DNA of 64,000 bases from Candidatus Falkowbacteria bacterium HGW-Falkowbacteria-1 (GCA_002840305.1 PHAI01000001.1:112074-176073); one strand, 5' to 3'. Shown: positions 40,995 to 50,683, numbered from the stretch's first letter. The notes: a model not told the origin generated them from the sequence alone. Numbers and translations are program-made.

Positions 40995-41024
40995 AAAAAG
41001 AGAGGCAATTTTGCCTCTCTTTTT
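40995..41024. terminator. Bidirectional terminator
   Basis: AAAAAGAGAGGCAA-TT-TTGCCTCTCTTTTT. Confidence 0.8.
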
Positions 41025-41066
41025 TATATCGAGTTTGGTTGTTGAATATTTTTAATGATTGTTGTT

Positions 41067-41510
41067 TTATGAAAATAATAAATACAATGAAATCGCGATC
41101 ATTATTCCCAACATTGATCCAGCCAAAACTTCTATTTTTGTGTGACCGATTCTTTCCTTCATTTTTGGATATTTTTGGTCTAAGAATTGATCCTCGCTTA
41201 AGTCTTCAACTAATATATTTATTATTCCACCTTGTTGGCCTAAGTACATTCTTAATTTTAGAGCATCGTTTATAACTATTACGGCGAAGGCCAATGACAT
41301 GGCGAATAAACCAGAGTCGAAGCCCTCTACTAAGCCGATTATAGTAACCAAGGAAATAACGAATGCGCTGTGTCCTGATGGCATTCCGGCGTAGGTAAGG
41401 GCGAAAAAATCTTTCCATTTCATCTTGTTTTTTTTATTTAGGATTATTTTTAGAGCCTGCGCCGTTATCACTGCCACAAAAGGAGTGATTAGAATTAAGT
41501 AAGAATTCAT
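41067..41510 (-). CDS. Divergent PAP2 family (DUF212-like) membrane protein
   Basis: AQALK, GMPSGHSA, DA..LR, GHT..EV..G. Confidence 0.88.
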   Translation of the reverse strand: MNSYLILITPFVAVITAQALKIILNKKNKMKWKDFFALTYAGMPSGHSAFVISLVTIIGLVEGFDSGLFAMSLAFAVIVINDALKLRMYLGQQGGIINILVEDLSEDQFLDQKYPKMKERIGHTKIEVLAGSMLGIMIAISLYLLFS

Positions 41511-41540
41511 ATTTTTTTATTATAATATTTTTGAATATAT

Positions 41541-43580
41541 TTAGATGTCTAGATTTGAAACATTTTTGGCGTGTGTTTGAATAAAATTCTTTCTTTTAGA
41601 AACATCATCACCCATTAACATGTCAAAGACTATATCTGCTTTGCCGGCGTCTTCTACTGTTACTTGTTTTACTATTCTGCTGGCCGGATTCATAGTTGTC
41701 TCCCATAATTGTTCTGGATTCATTTCACCTAAACCTTTGTACCTCTGAATAAATAATTTTTTGCTCTTTTTTTCTTCATCTTTATCAGCGGATTTTTTAG
41801 ATTTTTTATTTTTTGTTTCTTCCTCTGTCCCTTCTCGACTTTCCTCTGTCTCTTCGGCCGTCTCTTCTTCTTTCACGTCTCCCCCTAATTCTTTAATTAT
41901 TTTGTTTTTTTCTTCTTCAGTGTAGGCATATTTAGAAGAAGATCCTTTCTTGATCTGATAAAGGGGGGGCTGAGCGATATAAATATTACCATTAGTGACG
42001 AGCGGATTGAAGTATCTGAAAAATAGAGTCAGGAGCAGGGTCCTGATATGCGAACCATCAACATCGGCATCGGTCATAATTATAATTCGACTATAACGAA
42101 GTTTTTCTATATCTATTTGGTCCCCAATATTTGTGCCTAGGGCTATGACTAAATTTTTGATTTCGTTGTTAACTAGCATTTTATCCAAACGAGCTCTTTC
42201 TACGTTCAAGATTTTTCCTCTAAGTGGCAATATAGCCTGAAATCGTCGATCCCTGCCTTGTTTAGCACTACCTCCAGCCGAATCACCCTCTACTATATAT
42301 AATTCGCATTCAGCAGCTTTATTGCTTGAGCAATCAGCTAATTTTCCCGGCAAAGTCATTCCCTCTAAAGCGCCTTTTCTTAGAATACTAGCTCTAGCTG
42401 TCCTGGCCGCTAATCTGGCCTGGGCTGATAAGAAGCATTTGCCAATAATACTTTCGGCTTCTTTTGGATTTTCTTCTAAAAACATCGAAAAAGATTCACC
42501 AAAAATTTGCTCAACATAAGTTTTCATTTCTGCATTACCAAGCTTACCCTTGGTTTGTCCTTCAAATTGTGGGTCTGGTAATTTTACACTTACGATAGCA
42601 GTTAATCCCTCGCGCACGTCTTCTCCTGTTAAATTTTCATCTTTTTCTTTTAAAATATTTTTGCTTCTAGCATAGGAGTTCAGAGTTCTGGTGAGAGCTG
42701 TTTTAAAACCAATCAGATGAGTTCCGCCGTCGACATTGTAGATGTTGTTGGCAAAAGGGAGGGTGGTTTCATTGTATTCATCGTTATATTGTAGGGCTAC
42801 TTCTATTTTGCATTCGTTAATTTCTTTTTCAATATAAAAAACAGTGTCATGTTTAACATTTTTTTGTCTATGAAGTGATTTGATGTATGACTTTATACCA
42901 CCTTCAAAATAAAATTTATATTTTTTGGGGCTATGTTTTGGTCTTTCATCGCTTATATTTATTGTAATTCCTTTGGTTAAATATGTTTGTTGTCTTAAGC
43001 GATCTAAGATTTTTCCCCAATCAAATTCTGTTTCAGTAAAAATACTCTGATCAGCTTTAAAACTTATTATTGTCCCTGTTTTTTTTGTTGTACCAACGGC
43101 CTTGATGTTTTTTAAGGGTTTCCCAATTTTGTATTCTTGTTCCCATATTTTACCATCACGGTGTATTTCAGCTTTTAAATATTCACTTAAAGCATTGACA
43201 ACAGAAACTCCTACGCCATGAAGACCTCCGGAGATTTTGTATCCACCTCCACCAAATTTTCCACCAGCGTGCAATTTTGTTAAAACTGTTTCTAAGGCTG
43301 AGAGGCCGGTTACCTTATGTCTTTCAACTGGGATACCACGACCATTATCGGCTACTTCAACTATACCGTTGTTTAAAAGTCTTACGCTTACTTCGTCGGC
43401 ATATCCAGCCATAGCTTCGTCTATGCAATTGTCGACAACCTCCCAGATTAAGTGGTGTAGTCCGGCCGAAGAGGTAGAGCCAATATACATTCCGGGTCTT
43501 TTTCTGACAGGGTCTAGGCCTTCAAGGACGGTGATAGAATCGGCTCCGTAGTCTGATTTAATTTTTTTCTTGTCTTCCAT
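41541..43580 (-). CDS. gyrB: DNA gyrase subunit B
   Basis: RKRPGMYIG, LHAGGKF, VEGDSAGGS, DADVDG, QRYKGLGEM. Confidence 0.98.
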   Translation of the reverse strand: MEDKKKIKSDYGADSITVLEGLDPVRKRPGMYIGSTSSAGLHHLIWEVVDNCIDEAMAGYADEVSVRLLNNGIVEVADNGRGIPVERHKVTGLSALETVLTKLHAGGKFGGGGYKISGGLHGVGVSVVNALSEYLKAEIHRDGKIWEQEYKIGKPLKNIKAVGTTKKTGTIISFKADQSIFTETEFDWGKILDRLRQQTYLTKGITINISDERPKHSPKKYKFYFEGGIKSYIKSLHRQKNVKHDTVFYIEKEINECKIEVALQYNDEYNETTLPFANNIYNVDGGTHLIGFKTALTRTLNSYARSKNILKEKDENLTGEDVREGLTAIVSVKLPDPQFEGQTKGKLGNAEMKTYVEQIFGESFSMFLEENPKEAESIIGKCFLSAQARLAARTARASILRKGALEGMTLPGKLADCSSNKAAECELYIVEGDSAGGSAKQGRDRRFQAILPLRGKILNVERARLDKMLVNNEIKNLVIALGTNIGDQIDIEKLRYSRIIIMTDADVDGSHIRTLLLTLFFRYFNPLVTNGNIYIAQPPLYQIKKGSSSKYAYTEEEKNKIIKELGGDVKEEETAEETEESREGTEEETKNKKSKKSADKDEEKKSKKLFIQRYKGLGEMNPEQLWETTMNPASRIVKQVTVEDAGKADIVFDMLMGDDVSKRKNFIQTHAKNVSNLDI

Positions 43581-43657
43581 ATTTATATAATAAAATAATA
43601 ATAAAAAAAGCAATAACAAACAAAAACAAGAGTTTTTATTTGCCTAACTCCATTAAT

Positions 43658-43700
43658 ATTGTAACAAATTAATTGGGGGGAGTAAAGGGGATGGGGTGGG
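43658..43700 (-). promoter_or_regulatory. Candidate gyrB promoter overlapped by four G-runs
   Basis: Minus strand TTTACT-17-TACAAT; plus strand G6-AGTAAA-G4-AT-G4-T-G3. Confidence 0.45.
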
Positions 43701-43744
43701 ATTCTTGAGATTTTTAAGATTCTTGAGATCCTTGAGATTTTAGA
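43700..43744. repeat. Five-copy 9-bp tandem repeat
   Basis: GATTCTTGA-GATTTTTAA-GATTCTTGA-GATCCTTGA-GATTTTAGA. Confidence 0.75.
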
Positions 43745-43821
43745 AAAGCGCTGTTTGTGGGTAGGTGGGATGGCCAGGATTAATATTCAAGGGAGCCAAT
43801 GAAATCTGGCATGAAACTGGC

Positions 43822-43877
43822 TTGACTTTTGCAAGAAAGTGTGCCATAATTGCAAGTTAGTTTCAGGACTTTAAAAA
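43822..43877 (+). promoter_or_regulatory. Sigma70 promoter plus boxA-like motif
   Basis: TTGACT-17-CATAAT; GGACTTTAAAAA 43866-43877. Confidence 0.55.
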
Positions 43878-43910
43878 ATAAGGGGCTTTAAGTTAATTGT
43901 TAAGCTAATC

Positions 43911-43970
43911 TTTTTCTTTTGTCATCTTGACCGAATGAGGAGAGTGGCGACAAGCGATCAAAGAGATCTG
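43911..43970. repeat. REP-like palindromic element, left half
   Basis: TTTTTCTTTTGTCATCTTGACCGAATGAG...GAGATCT matches the 47742 copy. Confidence 0.7.
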
Positions 43971-44026
43971 TAAACTAGATTGATTTAGCAATTAACTTAA
44001 TTATAAACCTTCAAAAATTAAAAAAC

Positions 44027-44419
44027 ATGAAAACAAAAGAAGTTTTTTCGGCGGAGTTAGTTGAAACAGTTAAGCACGATTTGAAGTGGGAGAGGGGCTC
44101 TGCTGTAATATTTGTTTGTGCATTTTTAGGGATTGGGATATCCGTTTTATTATTTCATTTCCATCTTTTGCTAGGAATAGATCCTTCCTGGCTTTATCTA
44201 TTTATTGTGTTGTGCCCAGTTATTGGCATGATTGTTAACTCTTTTTTTCCTTATTCTAATGATAAAAAAATTAAAAGGAGGCTCGAACGAATTATATCTC
44301 AAAGAAAAAGTTTTAATTCCGACCAAATTGCTTCCTTGATAATAGAGATTGAAGAAAAAAAGGATGAGTTAGAAGAGCTTCGACACGAAACGATGCTCTT
44401 GGGTGAAATTGATTATTAA
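44027..44419 (+). CDS. Hypothetical 2-TM protein with C-terminal coiled coil
   Basis: 130-aa ORF, two hydrophobic segments. Confidence 0.65.
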   Translation: MKTKEVFSAELVETVKHDLKWERGSAVIFVCAFLGIGISVLLFHFHLLLGIDPSWLYLFIVLCPVIGMIVNSFFPYSNDKKIKRRLERIISQRKSFNSDQIASLIIEIEEKKDELEELRHETMLLGEIDY

Positions 44420-44442
44420 TTTAAAAACAGGAGGAAGTCAAA

Positions 44443-44826
44443 ATGCCGATAATTATTGTGTATGGAATTTCAGAAAAAGAAGATTCTGCTTTTCTCGAAA
44501 TGTTTATTGATCTTGTGCGGTCCAAAGTTGCCAGTATTGAAGAACTGAAAATTAAAAAAGAACAAGTTTCAGTTTTTCTCCAAAGAGATCTTGTGGTTAA
44601 AGGATTGGGCGAAGAAATAATCATTTTCGTTGAAGGTTTGATTAGTAGACCGGAAAGGACGGAGGAAGTGAAAAAAAAATTAGCCATGGAATTGGTTATT
44701 AAAGTGAACGAATCTTTTCCTAAAACTCTTTTTGTTGATTGTATTATCAAACCTTTAAGTTCTGGCGACATTTGCGCTTACGGAGAAATAAAGGGGAATA
44801 TGTTTTTTACCGATTTTAGAGATTAA
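44443..44826 (+). CDS. Hypothetical protein, possibly tautomerase/MIF-like fold
   Basis: M-Pro start, VSVF, IIIFVEGL..RPERTEEVKKKLA; SD AGGAGG. Confidence 0.55.
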   Translation: MPIIIVYGISEKEDSAFLEMFIDLVRSKVASIEELKIKKEQVSVFLQRDLVVKGLGEEIIIFVEGLISRPERTEEVKKKLAMELVIKVNESFPKTLFVDCIIKPLSSGDICAYGEIKGNMFFTDFRD

Positions 44827-44900
44827 TTTTTTAAATTGGTTTATTAGCTGGCATTATAAATTGCCAGCTTTTTTTAGATTTAATGTTTAAGATTTTTTTA

Positions 44901-45096
44901 AAATGCGAACATTGGAAAAATTTTGAAAAAATCATAAGCGTAAAAAGCGTGTAAAATTTAATTGTTTGAGGCTGGATGAAATTTAGCCGAGCCTTAAAGT
45001 TTGCCAGCTTTTATAGTGATTGTTACGAAATCTTGAGTTGCTGGCGATTTCCTGCCTGCCGGCAGGCAGGTTGTGCCACTTTTTTAAAAAAGTGGC
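44901..45096 (+). repeat. ~180-bp structured dispersed repeat, copy A, with 20-bp palindrome insert
   Basis: Aligns end to end with reverse complement of 54294-54469; insert CCTGCCTGCCGGCAGGCAGG at 45051-45070. Confidence 0.85.
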
Positions 45097-45174
45097 TCGA
45101 GAAAAAATGTTTTTTGACTTTTAGGCAGTTTTAATATAAAATTTAAGTATAAATAAAAAAATATAACATAATTT

Positions 45175-46107
45175 ATGTTTAAAATTTTAGTTACAGGTGG
45201 GGCCGGTTTCATTGGTTCCAATTTAGTTAATAAACTGCTTGATTTGGGTCATGAGGTTGTTGTCATTGATGATTTATCTAGTGGCAAAAAGGAATATTTA
45301 AATCCTGTGGCCAAATTTTATCATATTGATATTAACGATAAAAAAGTAAATGACATTTTTAAAGCAGAAAGTTTTGACTACGTTTGTCACTTGGCAGCTC
45401 AAATAGATGTTAGAAAATCGGTAGAAAATATGACTTTTGATAATCAGGTTAATGTTTTGGGCGGGATAAATATTTTAAAAAATTGTCACAATTTTAATGT
45501 TAAAAAAATAATTTTTTCTTCTTCTGGTGGAGCGGCCTATGGCTTTCCTGATAAAATTCCGACCAAAGAACATCATCCAACCTATCCCGTTTCTCCTTAT
45601 GGTATAAATAAAATCTGTTTTGAAAAATATTTAAATTATTATTATAAAGTTTTTGGTCAGAAATATATTGCCCTTCGTTTAGCTAACGTTTATGGTCCGA
45701 GGCAGTACAAAGGAGGAGAGGCTGGGGTTATTGCTAATTTTACCAGCAATGCCATAGCTCAAAAAAAGAGTTTTATTTACGGAGATGGTTTGCAGACCAG
45801 GGACTATATTTATGTTGATGATGTAGTAGAGGCTTTTGTTTTGTCGATTCAGTCTGATTTTATAGGAGAGCTTAATGTTGGTACAGGAATAGAAAAAAAT
45901 CTCTTGGAAGTTGTGGAGGCCATAGAAGCTTCTTTGGGAAGTAAATTAGAAATAGAATATCAAGAAGCAAAATTAGGTGAAGAAAGAAGGAGTGCTCTCG
46001 ATGCTTCACTGGCTAAAGAAAAATTAAATTGGGAAGCAAAAATTGATCTAAACGAAGGAATAAAAAGAACTATTGAGTGGGCAAGTAATAACAATTTTCC
46101 CTCGTAA
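45175..46107 (+). CDS. NAD-dependent epimerase/dehydratase (GalE-like)
   Basis: GGAGFIGS, HLAAQ, YGINK, NVYGPRQ. Confidence 0.92.
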   Translation: MFKILVTGGAGFIGSNLVNKLLDLGHEVVVIDDLSSGKKEYLNPVAKFYHIDINDKKVNDIFKAESFDYVCHLAAQIDVRKSVENMTFDNQVNVLGGINILKNCHNFNVKKIIFSSSGGAAYGFPDKIPTKEHHPTYPVSPYGINKICFEKYLNYYYKVFGQKYIALRLANVYGPRQYKGGEAGVIANFTSNAIAQKKSFIYGDGLQTRDYIYVDDVVEAFVLSIQSDFIGELNVGTGIEKNLLEVVEAIEASLGSKLEIEYQEAKLGEERRSALDASLAKEKLNWEAKIDLNEGIKRTIEWASNNNFPS

Positions 46108-46145
46108 CTGAAATTACTACGGAAAAACAAGTTAAATTAATAATA

Positions 46146-46175
46146 GCTGGATTCCAGCTTTTGCTGGAATGACAA
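46146..46175. repeat. Short REP-like hairpin ending in ATGACAA
   Basis: GGATTCCAGC-TTTT-GCTGGAATGACAA. Confidence 0.5.
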
Positions 46176-46187
46176 GGCTTTGGGTAT

Positions 46188-46949
46188 ATGTCTAAAAAAA
46201 TAATTGCTGGAAATTGGAAAATGAATTTGGATTACAAAAATTCTTTAATTTTGGCGGAAAAAATTAGCAAAATTTTGGCCTTTAAAAAATCTAGGAATGA
46301 GATTATAATTTTTCCTGATTTTTCTTCTTTGCTTTCCATTTCTCAAATCGTAAAAAAGAGTCAGATAAATATTGGAGCTCAAGACGTGGCCGCTTTTCCG
46401 CTTGGAGCCTATACTGGAGAGATATCGACAGAGACTTTAAAACAAATAAATTGTAAATATATTTTGATTGGACATAGTGAAAGGAGACAATATTTTGGTG
46501 ATAATAACTTTGTTGCTGATAAATTAGAAAATGTTATAAAAAATAGCAAAATTACTCCTATTTTATGTATTGGTGAAAGCTTGGTAGAAAGAAAAAAGGG
46601 TGAAACCTTTAAAGTCTTAAGCAAACAGTTAAGTGATGCTTTTTCCAAAATTAAATTAGAAAATATCGTAAATAGAAAAATAATAATTGCCTATGAACCA
46701 GTTTGGGCAATTGGGACAGGTTTGGTCGCTGAGGTAAATGATATAATTTTGGCACACAGAGAAATAAAAAAATGTTTTTCTAAAATGTTTAAGGGCGATA
46801 AAGTAAGAGAGGTTCAAGTTTTGTATGGTGGCAGTGTAAACGTTAACAACTTTTTAGATTTAGAAAATTTAAAAGAAGTTGATGGCCTATTGATAGGAGG
46901 AGCTAGTTTAAAGGCTGGTGACTTTCTTGATATAGCTTTTAATTTTTAA
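46188..46949 (+). CDS. tpiA: Triosephosphate isomerase
   Basis: AGNWKMN, GHSERR, AYEPVWAIGTG, YGGSV. Confidence 0.98.
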   Translation: MSKKIIAGNWKMNLDYKNSLILAEKISKILAFKKSRNEIIIFPDFSSLLSISQIVKKSQINIGAQDVAAFPLGAYTGEISTETLKQINCKYILIGHSERRQYFGDNNFVADKLENVIKNSKITPILCIGESLVERKKGETFKVLSKQLSDAFSKIKLENIVNRKIIIAYEPVWAIGTGLVAEVNDIILAHREIKKCFSKMFKGDKVREVQVLYGGSVNVNNFLDLENLKEVDGLLIGGASLKAGDFLDIAFNF

Positions 46950-46953
46950 ACAT

Positions 46954-47739
46954 ATGTATAATATTTGGCCACTTATAATAATTTTAATTAGTTTGTTGGT
47001 TGTTTTGTTTATTGTCATGAGGCGATTTCCTGCTTTGGCAGTGCTAGACGTTGATAACATCCCGGAAGAAAAAGAACAGCAGATAAAAGAAAAAATAATT
47101 AAAAGCAGAATTAAAAGAAAGTTTTCTTATTTAGACAAATTTTTTGCTTTAGTGGGTAGACTCTTTCTTAAAATATCTAAATATATTTGGGATAGTTTAG
47201 ATAATTTTAAAAAAAAGCAAGAAAAAAAAATAGAAAGTAGCATGTTGTCTGGTGTTGGCGAAGGAGAACAGTTAAGGTTTTTGTTTAATCAAGTGGAGAC
47301 TTTAATCAAAGAAGAAAAACTGGAAGAAGCTGAACAAAAATTAATTGAAATGATAAGTCTTGATGATAAAAATTTGTTAGCCTTTTCTGAATTGGGAAAA
47401 CTATATCATTTTGAGGGTAAGCTTCAAGAGGCTAGACAGACCTTGCTTTACGCTTTAAAATTAGCTGAAGTAGAAAATTTGAAAACCGACCAAGCTGAAT
47501 TAAATTATAATCTATCTTTAATAGCCAAGGATTTGAAAGACATAGATGGTGCAATTTTGAGTTTATTGAAAGCCCTAGATAAAGATGCTAAAAATCCTAG
47601 GTATCTTGATTTAATGTTAGATTTGTGTATAATTAAAAAAGATAAAAATCTAGCATTGGAATATTTAGTGAGAATAAAAGAAGTAAATCCGGAGAATCAA
47701 AATATTTTGGAATGGGAGAGAGAGGTAGGAAATCTTTAG
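46954..47739 (+). CDS. Membrane-anchored TPR protein
   Basis: N-terminal TM; helical TPR-like repeats. Confidence 0.7.
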   Translation: MYNIWPLIIILISLLVVLFIVMRRFPALAVLDVDNIPEEKEQQIKEKIIKSRIKRKFSYLDKFFALVGRLFLKISKYIWDSLDNFKKKQEKKIESSMLSGVGEGEQLRFLFNQVETLIKEEKLEEAEQKLIEMISLDDKNLLAFSELGKLYHFEGKLQEARQTLLYALKLAEVENLKTDQAELNYNLSLIAKDLKDIDGAILSLLKALDKDAKNPRYLDLMLDLCIIKKDKNLALEYLVRIKEVNPENQNILEWEREVGNL

Positions 47740-47741
47740 GA

Positions 47742-47866
47742 TTTTTCTTTTGTCACCTCGACCGAATGAGAGGCGAAGCGACGAATGAGTGGAGATGGTT
47801 AAAACATCAAGAAGCAGATCTCTCTATTCGTCATCCGCAGGATGGCTCAGTCGAGATGACAAAAGG
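47742..47866. repeat. REP-like palindromic element, complete
   Basis: Terminal inverted repeats CTTTTGTCACCTCGAC...GTCGAGATGACAAAAG with internal hairpins. Confidence 0.8.
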
Positions 47867-47874
47867 GATAAAAT

Positions 47875-47947
47875 GCCGAGATAGCTCAGTTGGTAGAGCA
47901 TTTCCATGGTAAGGAAAAGGTCGCGGGTTCAAGTCCCGCTCTCGGCT
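47875..47947 (+). tRNA. tRNA-Thr(GGU)
   Basis: TTTCC-ATGGTAA-GGAAA; GGTTCAAGTCC. Confidence 0.95.
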
Positions 47948-47986
47948 CAGTTTTTTAAAAACTATTGTTGAACTAAAACTTTCAGA

Positions 47987-48547
47987 ATGGCCAAAGAAAA
48001 AAACAGAAGTGGTCTCTCTAAAAAAAATACGAGAGGAAGAAAAAGAAGCAGTAAACATCCTAAAGCAATTTCTGTCCATCACATCCTTCCGCGTAGTAGG
48101 GGTGGTGGTGACGGGCTTGAAAACAAAGCGAAGATTGTAGCATGCGATCATGAAAAGTTTCATAAACTTTTTAAGAACATGACTCCATTTGAGACTTTAG
48201 CCTGGTTGCAAATTTACTTTTGGGGCTTACAGATTGATTACGTAAGCGAGTACTGTTTTAACCGGGATAAATTTCTTTTTAACAATGGTAGATATAATCT
48301 ATCAAAAAGATCCAGAGATAAAAGCCAAAGAGTTACCTTGAGATTTCATAAGGCTCCATTTATTCGTTATGTTTTTCACGAACCAACCGTGATTCCTTAT
48401 CATAGTGAAATATATTACGAACTTTTTGGCAGTATGACACAATATGAAATTCTGGCCTGGCTCGAGGTGTATTTTTGGAAAAAACAAACCCGTTGGATAA
48501 ATGAATATGTATCCAATAAGGATTATTTTTTGTCCAATTTGGATTAA
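47987..48547 (+). CDS. HNH-like protein with internal duplication
   Basis: VHHILPRSRGG...EN...HEKFH; repeated LF..MT..E.LAWL..YFW. Confidence 0.65.
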   Translation: MAKEKNRSGLSKKNTRGRKRSSKHPKAISVHHILPRSRGGGDGLENKAKIVACDHEKFHKLFKNMTPFETLAWLQIYFWGLQIDYVSEYCFNRDKFLFNNGRYNLSKRSRDKSQRVTLRFHKAPFIRYVFHEPTVIPYHSEIYYELFGSMTQYEILAWLEVYFWKKQTRWINEYVSNKDYFLSNLD

Positions 48548-48630
48548 TGTTTTTAAATTGAGTATTTAGTATTAGATAATTCACCGTCAACACAATAGTT
48601 GGCGGTTTTTTTGTTTATTTTTAGTAGATA

Positions 48631-48700
48631 TTGACATTTTTTTAAAAATATGCTATAATACCGAAACAGTAGCGATTAGCGCTACTAAGCACCTTGAAAT
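48631..48700 (+). promoter_or_regulatory. Consensus sigma70 promoter, leader hairpin and boxA-like motif
   Basis: TTGACA-17-TATAAT with TG extension; AGTAGCG-ATTAG-CGCTACT; GCACCTTGAAAT. Confidence 0.7.
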
Positions 48701-48742
48701 TTGAATAATATTATAAACTAAAATAAATAGGAGGATTAAATC

Positions 48743-49924
48743 ATGAAATTTTCTGATCGATTTGTCGGCAAAGCGCAGTGGAATGCTTTTTTTGCCATTA
48801 CTTTCTTGCTTGTTTCAATTGCATTACCTGTTATTTTCTTGTTGTTTGGGCTCAATTTATTAATTGGCCTGGCTATAGGATTAGCTCTTTTTCTTTTTAT
48901 TTCTATCATCGCCCTGTTTAAAGGATATCGTTTCTTTTTTAACAATTATCCTGATTGCAAGGACATGGAACTTCGAAGATTTTATTCTGTTCCTGAAAAG
49001 CATGCTGCTTTGGTGGAAATAAATGGACTTTATCCAGAAAAACCTCTTCATGCCGGTTATTACTTTGTTTTTCCCTTTTTTGAAATTGTTACTTTCTCCC
49101 AAACTATTTTCTTGGGTGATTTTAACGGAGTAATTTTTGATGGAGGGGAAGAAAATAAGATTGATTTTAGTAATGGGATATCCACTCCGATAGAGGCTAT
49201 GTATGTAGCTCATCTTTATTCGGGACCAGAATTAGGATTTGACTTAACGGTGGTGGGTAAGACCAAGGAAGAAATTGAAGAGATAGAGGATGTTGTGTCC
49301 ATATTAGCTTCAATGTTGGATAAGGAAAAAGACGAAATTAGAGCGATGAAGACAGTAACGCGCGAATTGAAAAGTGTTATCCTTGACAACAGTATTAAAA
49401 GGTATGCAAAAGAGGAAAATGCTGACGATAATATTCGTGAAATGTTAATGTCTCTCTTGCGTTTAACTTTGGGCAGTCAAGATTCTAATAAAGCCCGAAA
49501 AGATAAGATTGGCTTGGATAAGTTGAAGGAAGAGGATCGTTGTGTTTTTAATTCCATAATAAAACACTACGGTGTAGATATTCGTTCGATAAATATTTCT
49601 GACATCAAGTTGGCGCCAGAAGAAATAGAAATCAATCGCGCCAAATACCAATCTGGACTTAATGTTGAAATTGCTGAAGACAAGAAAAAAACAGCCATTA
49701 TTGACGCTGAGGCTAAAGCCAAGGTTATGGAATTAGAAGGAGACGGTTTGAAAAATCAGATAAAGAGTATCGTTGATGCTGGTGCTTCCGCCGAGAAAGT
49801 TTTGGAATATTTAACCAAAATGAAACAGTGGGAGTCCATGAAGCCAAGCGACAAATCATTTATCATTGATAATGGCGGAACGATTGCCGGAATACTCGCG
49901 GCTATTGGTAGTGTAAAACCTTAA
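48743..49924 (+). CDS. SPFH/band-7-like membrane protein
   Basis: Two TMs, VPEKHAALVE..G, LHAGYYFVFPF, YGVDIRSINISDI, AEAKA coiled coil. Confidence 0.75.
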   Translation: MKFSDRFVGKAQWNAFFAITFLLVSIALPVIFLLFGLNLLIGLAIGLALFLFISIIALFKGYRFFFNNYPDCKDMELRRFYSVPEKHAALVEINGLYPEKPLHAGYYFVFPFFEIVTFSQTIFLGDFNGVIFDGGEENKIDFSNGISTPIEAMYVAHLYSGPELGFDLTVVGKTKEEIEEIEDVVSILASMLDKEKDEIRAMKTVTRELKSVILDNSIKRYAKEENADDNIREMLMSLLRLTLGSQDSNKARKDKIGLDKLKEEDRCVFNSIIKHYGVDIRSINISDIKLAPEEIEINRAKYQSGLNVEIAEDKKKTAIIDAEAKAKVMELEGDGLKNQIKSIVDAGASAEKVLEYLTKMKQWESMKPSDKSFIIDNGGTIAGILAAIGSVKP

Positions 49925-49936
49925 TAATTAGAAAAA

Positions 49937-50683
49937 ATGAGCGGAGGAAAGACAAAGGGAATACCTTTACCGAAAAAGATTGAGCAGGTTCAAGATCAAA
50001 ATCAAGAACCGGCACAAAACGATAAGCCAAAATCCAGCCCGAGAGAGCCAAATAAAACACTAATGTCTATTAGAAATGTTTTTTTAGCTTTTCTGATAGG
50101 AGTTGTTCCATTTGTTCTAGTTTGGATCTTCATGTACTTTTTTAATTTTGATTGCCCTGAAAAGCTCAAGTATTATTTAAGTTATGAGGAATGGCGGTTT
50201 TGGACAAGGCTTCTAATTTCTCTATTGCTAACCGGAATAACATTAAAATTGCTTGATTCCGTAGCAGAAGAAAAAAACAAGTTTGCCGATGGAATTTCAA
50301 AGGCATTATTACTGACGCTTATCGTGTTTATCTTGTGGTTCTATGGTATTTCTAAGCCATCAAGAGAGCCACAACTGGCAAGAGAGGCGAGCGAAGTTAG
50401 CTGCTTCAATCCGAATCCCTTTAAGGATTTGATGCCAAAGTATGTTTTTACTCTTAATAGAGGAGAAAAAAGTCTTTGGATCGATTTTCCGGCGGGATAT
50501 AATCTAAAAAATTGGGGGAATTTAAACTACTACAAAATCATCTATAAAGATGGTAGCGTGGTTACCATAGACGGTAATAGAGTGGTAAAACTCCCAGATT
50601 TAAACGAGAGTACTCAAGTTCGCTTTGAGTCTTTGTCGGACGGACAAACAATATATGTTTATCTGACAAGAATCAAAAGATAA
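49937..50683 (+). CDS. Hypothetical 3-TM protein with extracytoplasmic C-terminal domain
   Basis: Cotranscribed with the SPFH gene; terminator at ~50695-50722. Confidence 0.65.
   Translation: MSGGKTKGIPLPKKIEQVQDQNQEPAQNDKPKSSPREPNKTLMSIRNVFLAFLIGVVPFVLVWIFMYFFNFDCPEKLKYYLSYEEWRFWTRLLISLLLTGITLKLLDSVAEEKNKFADGISKALLLTLIVFILWFYGISKPSREPQLAREASEVSCFNPNPFKDLMPKYVFTLNRGEKSLWIDFPAGYNLKNWGNLNYYKIIYKDGSVVTIDGNRVVKLPDLNESTQVRFESLSDGQTIYVYLTRIKR

Noticed and set aside
47712-47912. 66-aa ORF
   Set aside because: Spans the palindromic repeat and tRNA-Thr; not a credible gene
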